From Fibrobacter succinogenes subsp. succinogenes S85 (GTDB lineage: Bacteria > Fibrobacterota > Fibrobacteria > Fibrobacterales > Fibrobacteraceae): a stretch of DNA of 32,000 nucleotides. Position numbers and translations under genes: made by a program. Each line of letters opens with the position of its first letter. Positions within the stretch are counted from its first letter, which is position 1. A model generated the notes under the pieces. The model had not been told where the DNA came from, made no database searches, and worked only from the letters and a program-made list of their open reading frames with translations. Of this stretch, positions 1 to 6,961 are shown in pieces. The stretch lies in assembly GCF_000146505.1 (NCBI RefSeq), contig NC_017448.1:480001-512000 (forward strand), given 5' to 3'.

Positions 1-2
1 GC

Positions 3-725
3 ATAGGAGGCTTTGGTCACAATACTTGCGGTAGAAACGGCATTTTCTTTGTACTTGTACAACTGTTTGAATACGGGAACACGCTTACAGAGATTCCAAA
101 AGACATTGAAAATTCATTACTCGGATCTGAAAATCCTTGCGAAAACTATTGGAGTAAATTTCACAAGCAATATATTGCTACAGATTTTTTACCTGCATTT
201 ATAAAACAAAAATCAAAGATTTTTTCAGCAAGACAATCAAACGAAACAAGTACTTCTGGAGATTTCATTTACCATGACAAATTCGGCTATGGTCAAATTC
301 TAAAGAAATACGAAGAAAAAGGAGATAAAAGAATTGATGTTCTTTTCAGCGACACTATTACTAGAACATTAATCTTGAAATATGCTAACGAACATCTCAA
401 ATTCACAACCAATCAATACCATAATCAAGAATTCAATGAAGATGTTCACATTTCATCAGAAAATCCAATTTATGTGAATTGCACATTCAACAACGGCGTT
501 TTTATTGAAGGAAATGTATACCCTATTTTTATATCTTGCTCATTTTATGGTTATGACAGCGCAGGCGTGCAACTTTTAAATGGTTCTCAAGGATTTTTTT
601 ACAATTGCAGGTTCAACCATACATTCCCCTATATTTCGCCAAATATGAAAAATTGTTCTTTCGAACCTAACGCAACGAAAGATGAATTTAGAATCGGTGG
701 ATGCAATATAGACACCAACAAATAA
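3..725 (+). CDS. C-terminal part of a larger protein that runs off the left edge; helicase-tail-like FGxG motif followed by NCxF beta-helix-like repeats; function unknown
   Basis: My manual translation of frame 3 is stop-free from nt 3 to the TAA at 723-725 (...GDFIYHDKFGYGQILKKYEEKGDKRIDVLFSDTITRTLILKYANEHL...). The ORF track shows only the part after the first TTG (375). The region is visibly AT-rich. Confidence 0.5.
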   Translation: MGGFGHNTCGRNGIFFVLVQLFEYGNTLTEIPKDIENSLLGSENPCENYWSKFHKQYIATDFLPAFIKQKSKIFSARQSNETSTSGDFIYHDKFGYGQILKKYEEKGDKRIDVLFSDTITRTLILKYANEHLKFTTNQYHNQEFNEDVHISSENPIYVNCTFNNGVFIEGNVYPIFISCSFYGYDSAGVQLLNGSQGFFYNCRFNHTFPYISPNMKNCSFEPNATKDEFRIGGCNIDTNK

Positions 726-785
726 TTCAAAACACTGCTAAATTACGCAATTTGCACGATTTCGCACATATTAGAATTCAATCTA

Positions 786-814
786 TTGCATTCTGCATTA
801 CATTTTTATACATT
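786..814 (+). promoter_or_regulatory. possible sigma70-like promoter of the TA operon (TTGCAT-N17-TACATT) with a direct TGCATT repeat
   Basis: TTGCAT lies at 786-791 and TACATT at 809-814. TGCATT occurs twice in tandem. An AAAGGAG Shine-Dalgarno at 825-831 precedes the ATG at 839. Confidence 0.25.
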
Positions 815-838
815 AAATAGTATAGAAAGGAGCGTCTT

Positions 839-1120
839 ATGGCACAGGCAACAGTTTCTGCACGAATCGACAGCAAAGACAAAGAACGTTTTGACGAATT
901 CTGCAATAACGTTGGTTTGTCCGCATCCGCAGCCATCAACATGTTCATCAAGAGCGTCATCAATGAACATCGCATTCCCTTTGAAGTCCGCGAACCCATA
1001 GCCCGTTACAACGCAAAAGCAAATGACATCGAGGCCCTCAAAAAAGGCATCGAACAGCTCAATGCCGGGAAAGGTATTGTGAAAACACTAGAAGAACTAG
1101 AGGCAATGGAAAATGGCTAA
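839..1120 (+). CDS. type II antitoxin, RelB/DinJ family
   Basis: N-terminus MAQATVSARIDSKDKERFDEFCNNVGLSASAAINMFIKSVINEHRIPFEV matches the DinJ/RelB ribbon-helix-helix pattern (ARID...LG.s.S.ai..f...v.....iPF). It overlaps the downstream toxin gene by 8 nt. Confidence 0.85.
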   Translation: MAQATVSARIDSKDKERFDEFCNNVGLSASAAINMFIKSVINEHRIPFEVREPIARYNAKANDIEALKKGIEQLNAGKGIVKTLEELEAMENG

Positions 1121-1379
1121 AATCGCATTTTCCGAACAAGCGTGGCAAGAATATCTCTACTGGCAACTACAAGATAAGAAAACACTCAAAAGAGTCAACC
1201 AACTGCTTAAAGACATCGAGCGAAACCATTTCGAAGGCTTAGGCAAGCCTGAAGCATTGAAAGGAAACCTCAGCGGATTTTGGAGTCGACGAATTGACGA
1301 TGGCAATCGGCTAATCTACAGAATTAATGGTGAATTTATCGACATTCTTTCTTGCAAAGGTCACTACGAAAACGTTTAG
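1113..1379 (+). CDS. yoeB: type II toxin, YoeB/Txe family mRNA interferase
   Basis: The 88 aa product has FSEQAWQEYLYWQ..DKK..KR.N.L.KD..R..FEG.GKPE.LK.NLSGFWSRRI....RL.Y, near-collinear with E. coli YoeB (WSEESWDDYLYWQ...NLSGFWSRRI). Confidence 0.9.
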   Translation: MAKIAFSEQAWQEYLYWQLQDKKTLKRVNQLLKDIERNHFEGLGKPEALKGNLSGFWSRRIDDGNRLIYRINGEFIDILSCKGHYENV

Positions 1380-1384
1380 CATAC

Positions 1385-1419
1385 AAAAAAATCCCAGTCC
1401 GGTTGGACTGGGATTTTTT
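1385..1419. terminator. bidirectional intrinsic terminator between yoeB (+) and the 1437..2066 gene (-)
   Basis: Perfect 10-bp stem ATCCCAGTCC / GGACTGGGAT with a GGTT loop, flanked by an A-run (1385-1390) and a T-run (1415-1419). Confidence 0.8.
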
Positions 1420-1436
1420 GCAAATTCTCGTGAGAA

Positions 1437-2066
1437 TTAAGCTTCTTCGGAGAGTTCCGGAGCCTTCTTGATCACGTTGCGGCGACCATAGCGGACCTTG
1501 GACGGATCAAAAGCGGTTTCTGCAGCAGCTTCTGCCGGGGCTTCAGCAACCGGAGCGACCGGGGCAGCTTCGACAGCCGGAGCGGCCGGAGTTTCAACCG
1601 GAATGCGCGGAGCGAGCGGGCGACGAGCTTCGGCGACCGGAGCTTCAGCAGCCGGTGCAACCGGAGCGGCCTGTTCTGCAGCAGCAACAGGAGCTTCAGC
1701 GTTAGCTTCACGATGCGGGCGTTCCGGGCGGCGTTCGCGGCGCGGGCCACGTTCCGGACGCTGTTGTTGTTCATTGCGATCACGCGTTGCAGGGGCATGA
1801 GCCTGAGCCTGCTGCTGATTGCGGTTGTCCTTATTATTGTTGTTCGGACGTTCCTTGTTCTGGCGATTTTCCTTATTGTTGCCACCACGCTGAGCCATTT
1901 CCTGTGCGCTGATCGGGCGACGGGCGGACGGCTTCAAGTTCATGTCCGGGGTGAGCTTCTTGAAAATCGGGGTACGAAGCATCGTGAGAAGCTTATTAAC
2001 CTTAACAAGGATAACAATGCACAGAATCACTGCGAGGAGTGAAAGTGCGAGAGCGATTATTTCCAT
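1437..2066 (-). CDS. membrane-anchored low-complexity protein (N-terminal TM helix, Arg/Asn/Gln-rich then Pro/Ala/Val/Glu-rich repeats); function unknown
   Basis: N-terminus MEIIALALSLLAVILCIVILV is a TM helix. APVA/EAPVAEA-type repeats follow. A GAGGTG Shine-Dalgarno sits about 7 nt upstream of the ATG. This is the longest of several overlapping low-complexity frames. Confidence 0.6.
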   Translation of the reverse strand: MEIIALALSLLAVILCIVILVKVNKLLTMLRTPIFKKLTPDMNLKPSARRPISAQEMAQRGGNNKENRQNKERPNNNNKDNRNQQQAQAHAPATRDRNEQQQRPERGPRRERRPERPHREANAEAPVAAAEQAAPVAPAAEAPVAEARRPLAPRIPVETPAAPAVEAAPVAPVAEAPAEAAAETAFDPSKVRYGRRNVIKKAPELSEEA

Positions 2067-2359
2067 GTGGGCACCTCATAAAGTAAGGGTTGAACCACAC
2101 GAGCAGGCTGGAAAATAACCTGCAAGCGGGGTGACTGGAATGTGTGGGTTAATTAAAGACCATCTTACTAGCGCCTCCTTGGAGACTTGACGGTCGCGGG
2201 GGCTTCACGTGGGAAGCAAAAATGGTTTTCGCCGTGGCGACAAACCGGGGCCAGTCACGAGCGCAAATTTAACAAATTTTTCGTGCAGAAAATCGGTTTA
2301 TTGTAAGAAAATGAGAGAAAATTGTATGTTTTTTTGAGCACATGCGCCCAAAGTTTCTC

Positions 2360-2578
2360 TTATTTCATGTCCAAGGACTTGAGCGAGTGATCCACGGCCT
2401 TGTTGTGGGCGTTCAATGAATCCAAAGTAGCCTTGAGAACAAGGACTTGACGTGCCAGACGGGCGTTTTCTTCGGTAAGAGTTGCAATTTTGTACTCAGC
2501 CTCCTGGTTGGAGCAGCCCGAGAATCCAAACATTGAAATGCAAACTAAAGACGACAAAATAAGGGATTTCTTGAACAT
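2360..2578 (-). CDS. small coiled-coil lipoprotein (Lpp/Braun-lipoprotein-like architecture)
   Basis: 72 aa with signal peptide MFKKSLILSSLVCISMFGFSG|C (lipobox-like FSGC). The ~51 aa mature part is helical and heptad-like (LTEENARLARQVLVLKATLDSLNAHNKAV) and ends in Lys. Confidence 0.7.
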   Translation of the reverse strand: MFKKSLILSSLVCISMFGFSGCSNQEAEYKIATLTEENARLARQVLVLKATLDSLNAHNKAVDHSLKSLDMK

Positions 2579-2610
2579 ACCGCAAAATTAGATTATTTTT
2601 TGAGGGAATT

Positions 2611-2958
2611 ATGACAGTCGGACAAAAATGGTTGAAATTTAAACAGGATGGCTATTGCGGTTCTCTTACGATCCGTAGCCGTTCCGAGCAATCATTCGAG
2701 AGCGATACGGGCTATAACGACAAGCATATCCACAATGCAGTCCTTGAAATGGATCCGGAATACACTTACGTGAAAGTCATCCACGAGGGTTACAAGGGTT
2801 CACAGGACATACCTACTATTGAACTTGGGAACGATGCGGCGCAAAATCAGGACACGCTCGACAACGCCATCCTCGATGGGCTTGCCCACTTGCGCATTTT
2901 CCGTGAAGCCAATACCGGCGCCATTGTGCAATTCGGCTACAATTTAGACGAAGTGTAA
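2611..2958 (+). CDS. hypothetical protein (115 aa)
   Basis: Clean ORF with an ATG start, divergent from the lipoprotein gene and 17 nt upstream of the U32 gene. I recognise no family. Confidence 0.5.
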   Translation: MTVGQKWLKFKQDGYCGSLTIRSRSEQSFESDTGYNDKHIHNAVLEMDPEYTYVKVIHEGYKGSQDIPTIELGNDAAQNQDTLDNAILDGLAHLRIFREANTGAIVQFGYNLDEV

Positions 2959-2975
2959 ATTCTATTTTTGCGGGT

Positions 2976-5570
2976 ATGAACAATCCTGAACTTCTTTTGC
3001 CTGTCGGTACGCGCGACATGCTGGAATCTGCCATCAACAACGGGGCGGATGCGGTTTACTATGGTGTGCCCCACTGGAACGCACGCGGTCGAACCGAAGA
3101 TTTTTCATTTGAAGATGTCGAGGAAATGATCCGCTACGCAAGGCTTCGCGGCGTAAAGACGTACCTTGCAATGAACATCCTCATCTTCGAGCGCGAAATT
3201 CAGGAGTTGCCGGAATTTTTGGAACGCTTGATTGCGTTAAAGCCGGACGCGTTCATCATCCAGGACATCGGACTTGCAAGGCTCATCAAAGCGATCAGTC
3301 CGGAACAGGAAATCCACGCAAGTACGCAAATGACGCTTGCGAGTTCCGAAGCCGTGAACTTGGTCAAGGACATCGGATTTTCAAGAGCAGTTTTGGCACG
3401 CGAACTTTCGACTAAGCAAATTGCGCAAATCAAGAGTCTCACCGACCTAGAACTGGAAGTTTTCATTCACGGGGCACTTTGCGTCTCGTACTCGGGCCAG
3501 TGCCTTACCAGCGAAAACTTCGGCGGGCGCTCGGCAAACCGCGGGCAGTGCGCCCAAAGCTGCCGCCTTCCCTACCGCATTTTTGTGGACGGCAAGGAAT
3601 GGAAAGACCCGAAGGCCCGTTACTTGTTCAGCACGCGAGACCTGTGTGCGCTCCCAAAATTGGAAGAACTTCGCGAAATTGGCGTGGAATCGCTCAAGGT
3701 CGAAAGGCGTTTGAAAAGCCCGGAATATGTGGCCGCCGTTTCGCACGCGTATCGCAAGGCATTAGAAATTCTGAGCGAGAAAGGTTATAAAGAAAATGCC
3801 GAGTGTGCGAATGGAAATGCCGCCGAGCTTACCGCGCAGGACTTGGAACCGCTTGAAGTTTTGTTCTCGCGAGGACTCAACACAGGTTGGCTCGATGGAG
3901 TGAACCACCAGGAACTCGTCGATGGATCGTTCTCGAACCATCACGGTGAATTTATCGGAACCGTCGTCCAAGTAGACCGTAACGGCGTGATTGTAGAACT
4001 TGAAGACAAACCTGTTCCATGCACTTTATTGCCGGGCGACGGGATTTTATTTGAGGAATATAGGGCAGAGCCGGAGCCGCGCCAAACGGGAAGTCGACTG
4101 TACAAAGCGACATTCGCCAATCGCGCCGGGAAGTCGCAAGTTCGTCTGGAATTCGGTCGAGAATTCAACTTGCGCAAAGTCTCGTACGGCATGAAGGCGT
4201 ACCGCAACGACTCCCCCGCTCTCGAAAAAGAACTCCACAAGACTTTTACCGACAAGAGTTTCGCCAAGCACATTCCCGTGTGCATGACACTCGAAGGCAA
4301 AATTGGCGAACCGCTCAAACTCACGATTTGCGAAAGCACGAAAGCCGTCGCAGACGAAACACGCACGGTCACCGTCGAAGGCGCCATCCTCGAAGCCTCA
4401 CGCAACGAAGTCGCTCCCGATGCACTCCAAGCCATCGCCAAGAAAGAACTTTCCGGATTAAGCGCGACCGCTTACATTCTCGACAAGCTTGAAATTAAGT
4501 TACCTGCAAACGCATTCCTCCCCGGCAAAGTTTTGCGCACACTCCGCCAAGAAGCCGTACAAGCATTTGACGAAAAGCGCCTGCAGTGGAAAGAGCTTGC
4601 ACCATCTGCAGACAACGGTCGCGCATTCCTACATAGCGTCGCAAGCAGCACAAGCATGGTCGCGGGCAACCCCGACAAAGCAACAGGCACGCCCAAGAAC
4701 CGCCGCACAATTACCGTCCTCGTCCGCCGTCCCGAACAAATCGACGCTTTGCAAGGTCTCGACATCGACAAAGTCATCATGGATTTTGACTGGGGCGTGA
4801 AATACGACGAACCGCTCGAACGCATCCACAAGCTCGGCTTTGAAGCAGGCATCGCCACGCTCCGTATCCACAAGCCCAGCGAAAACCATTACATCAAACA
4901 AATTCTCACGCTCATGCCAGAATTTGCATTGGTGCGTAACCTCGGTTCGCTTGCGCTCCTCAAGGATTCCGGAATTCCGATGGTCGGCGACTACAGCCTG
5001 AACGCCACCAACAGCGCAAGCTACGATTGGCTCTTGGCTCAAGGCCTTGAAAAATTGCACCCGTCGTGGGATCTCAACAGCACTCAGCTCTTTGACTTGC
5101 TCAAGAACATAGACGGAAGCAAGCTCGAACTTGCGCTGCACCAATACATGCCAGCGTTCCACTCGGAATACTGCGCCTTCGCGCGCGCCCTCACAACAGG
5201 CCGCCGCTTCCCCGAATGCAAAAAGATTTGCACACAACATAAAGTCGAAATTCTCGACCATAAAGGCGAACGCCACTTCTTGCAATCCGATGCCGAATGC
5301 CGCAACACGCTCTTTGTCGGCAAGCCGCAATCCGCCCTCAAGCTATTGCCAAGGCTCATCGCACAAAATGTGAGCAGCTACCGCCTAGAACTCTTGGACG
5401 AAGAACCCGAATCTGTCCGCCGCAAAATCGACATTTACACGCAAGCCATCCGCGGCAAGCTCGACATCGACACCGCCATTTCAAAGGCCGGCGTCGAAGA
5501 AAAGTACGGACTCTCCGAAGGCCAGCTGTTCAATCAAAGTGTCTGGCAAGACCGAAAGAAAGGTTGTTAA
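2976..5570 (+). CDS. peptidase U32 family protein, long two-module form (864 aa) with Cys clusters
   Basis: U32 signature EVFIHGALCVSYSGQCLTS plus SANRGQCAQSCR. N-terminus LLLPVGTRDMLESAINNGADAVYYG is typical of U32. A second Cys-rich block lies in the C-terminal half (SEYCAF...FPECKKICTQH...AECRN). Confidence 0.9.
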   Translation: MNNPELLLPVGTRDMLESAINNGADAVYYGVPHWNARGRTEDFSFEDVEEMIRYARLRGVKTYLAMNILIFEREIQELPEFLERLIALKPDAFIIQDIGLARLIKAISPEQEIHASTQMTLASSEAVNLVKDIGFSRAVLARELSTKQIAQIKSLTDLELEVFIHGALCVSYSGQCLTSENFGGRSANRGQCAQSCRLPYRIFVDGKEWKDPKARYLFSTRDLCALPKLEELREIGVESLKVERRLKSPEYVAAVSHAYRKALEILSEKGYKENAECANGNAAELTAQDLEPLEVLFSRGLNTGWLDGVNHQELVDGSFSNHHGEFIGTVVQVDRNGVIVELEDKPVPCTLLPGDGILFEEYRAEPEPRQTGSRLYKATFANRAGKSQVRLEFGREFNLRKVSYGMKAYRNDSPALEKELHKTFTDKSFAKHIPVCMTLEGKIGEPLKLTICESTKAVADETRTVTVEGAILEASRNEVAPDALQAIAKKELSGLSATAYILDKLEIKLPANAFLPGKVLRTLRQEAVQAFDEKRLQWKELAPSADNGRAFLHSVASSTSMVAGNPDKATGTPKNRRTITVLVRRPEQIDALQGLDIDKVIMDFDWGVKYDEPLERIHKLGFEAGIATLRIHKPSENHYIKQILTLMPEFALVRNLGSLALLKDSGIPMVGDYSLNATNSASYDWLLAQGLEKLHPSWDLNSTQLFDLLKNIDGSKLELALHQYMPAFHSEYCAFARALTTGRRFPECKKICTQHKVEILDHKGERHFLQSDAECRNTLFVGKPQSALKLLPRLIAQNVSSYRLELLDEEPESVRRKIDIYTQAIRGKLDIDTAISKAGVEEKYGLSEGQLFNQSVWQDRKKGC

Positions 5571-5572
5571 AA

Positions 5573-5917
5573 CTATTTAAAAGAACAAACAACCGTAAAC
5601 GCCACAACTAGCGTAAAGAAAACTACGGCAACTGTATTAAGCACTTTAACAACGATTGCGTTATAATGCATTTGTCGCCATTCAACTTCCGAGTTCGGAG
5701 TGTTTCGTTTATTCCAAAACATCCTGATTAATTCAATTACAAAAACAGCGACGAGCAAGTACAGCATTGGAACCGCAAGAGGCAAATAAAGCCATAGTGC
5801 GGCTTCTGCATACCCAAATTTAAAGGTGACTCCAATAGCAATCGCTACAACCGCAAACAGCAAGTATGCAATAAAAAATACGAGAACTCGAAGAGTAAAC
5901 GGGAAGTTTTTCTTCAT
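5573..5917 (-). CDS. small integral membrane protein (about 4 TM), last gene of the TonB2-type operon
   Basis: The hydrophobic 114 aa product has its ATG (5915-5917) directly abutting the TAA of the TPR gene (5918-5920). Confidence 0.6.
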   Translation of the reverse strand: MKKNFPFTLRVLVFFIAYLLFAVVAIAIGVTFKFGYAEAALWLYLPLAVPMLYLLVAVFVIELIRMFWNKRNTPNSEVEWRQMHYNAIVVKVLNTVAVVFFTLVVAFTVVCSFK

Positions 5918-6961
5918 TTATTTCTTGTCGCGGATGCGGGCGTAGAGGGTTTCAGCTTTTTCGGTGTCGCCGGCGTTCGAGAAGATATGGCCTACGTTTT
6001 CGGCACCAATGCGGCCCTGAGAATTACCGGCACGCCAAGCCTTCATGTAACATTCAAACGCTTCGTCGTAACGCTTTTGCGTAAAGTAAATTTGCCCTAA
6101 ATCAAGGTTCAAATCGGCGATGCCTTTCTTGTGGCGGAGTCCTTCTTCCAGCGTGAAAATAGCCATCCACGGGGATTCATTCTTGACATACATCTGCGCA
6201 AGATAACGGCGAGCGGAAACGTTTTCAGGGTCCATCATCACGCCGTTTTCCATTTCATTGAGAGCGAGCCGCGTAGAATCCATGCTGCGGTAGTAATACG
6301 AGAGCGTGTAATGTACGTCGGCGCCAGCAGTCGCTGTCATCTGGAGCGCATTCTTGAGCGTCTTCACCGCATATTCGTAATCGCCAAGCTTTTCATAGAC
6401 TTCGGCAAGACCATACCAAGCGTCCATGCGGTCCGGGTTTAGCGCCAGCGCACGTTCAAAATGCTTTTGCGCAAGCGTCCAATCGCTGCCCTTCATATAA
6501 CATTCAGCAAGGGCGAAATGAATGTGATCCGTTTCCGTCCCGAGTTCAATCGCACGGTTGTAGGCGACAATCGCATCGCTCGGAGATTCGGCGAGGTAGT
6601 ACAAATCGCCAAGAAGCATCCAAGCCTTCACAAAATCCGGAAGGAGTTCAACAGTGCGCTTGTAAGCAACCATCGCGACTTCTTTTTTGCCGAGCTGCAC
6701 AAGGGCGTTGCCCAAGTTGAACCACGCAAACGGCTCGTAACGGCCATCGTCAATCGCGGCACGGTAATACTTCACCGATTCCTTGTAACGCCCCTGGTCG
6801 TAAAGCTCGTTCGCCTTGAAGAAGAAATCATCCGCAGCATGCAGCGGCAGCGCAAGAAGGAATACTAAGACGAGAGACGAGAGACGAGAGACGAGAGATT
6901 TTTCTTTCGTCTTTCGTCTGTAGGAGCAAAGCTCCGTTCTATTGTCTAACCTACTTAACAA
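5918..6961 (-). CDS. tetratricopeptide (TPR) repeat protein with signal peptide (TtpD-like position in the TonB2 cluster)
   Basis: Multiple 34-aa TPR units (e.g. YDQGRYKESVKYYRAAIDD, AWFNLGNALVQLGKKEVAMVAYKRTVEL). The signal-peptide-like SLVLVFLLALPLHA|AD is reachable only from the TTG at 6961, the only ATG/GTG/TTG upstream of it in frame. Confidence 0.8.
   Translation of the reverse strand: MLSRLDNRTELCSYRRKTKEKSLVSRLSSLVLVFLLALPLHAADDFFFKANELYDQGRYKESVKYYRAAIDDGRYEPFAWFNLGNALVQLGKKEVAMVAYKRTVELLPDFVKAWMLLGDLYYLAESPSDAIVAYNRAIELGTETDHIHFALAECYMKGSDWTLAQKHFERALALNPDRMDAWYGLAEVYEKLGDYEYAVKTLKNALQMTATAGADVHYTLSYYYRSMDSTRLALNEMENGVMMDPENVSARRYLAQMYVKNESPWMAIFTLEEGLRHKKGIADLNLDLGQIYFTQKRYDEAFECYMKAWRAGNSQGRIGAENVGHIFSNAGDTEKAETLYARIRDKK
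6866..6949 (-). repeat. heptamer-palindromic element, copy A (TAGAC box, GGAGC-TTT-GCTCC hairpin, CAGACGAAAGACGAAAGA, then (TCTCTCG)x4)
   Basis: Read directly on the minus strand as TAGACAATAGAACGGAGCTTTGCTCCTACAGACGAAAGACGAAAGAAAAATCTCTCGTCTCTCGTCTCTCGTCTCTCGTCTTAG. It lies inside the 5' end of the TPR ORF. Its TAG is the tonB stop. Confidence 0.9.

Noticed and set aside
13-204. 63-aa ORF at the left edge
   Set aside because: It overlaps the longer stop-free frame 3, which has recognisable protein-like motifs. It has a TTG start, no Shine-Dalgarno, and a hydrophobic, junk-like composition.
5568-5575. Convergent U32 and membrane-protein genes end only 2 nt apart with no terminator hairpin
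   Set aside because: This is tight packing of convergent genes, which is not unusual. I found no structure or motif to interpret.
6866-6900. Tandem heptamer tracts considered as CRISPR arrays or as coding repeats of a real repetitive protein
   Set aside because: The units are 7 nt with no spacers, so this is not a CRISPR array. The same DNA occurs in non-coding spacers (groES-groEL, after DUF748) and in different frames, so it is a DNA-level element rather than a protein repeat family.
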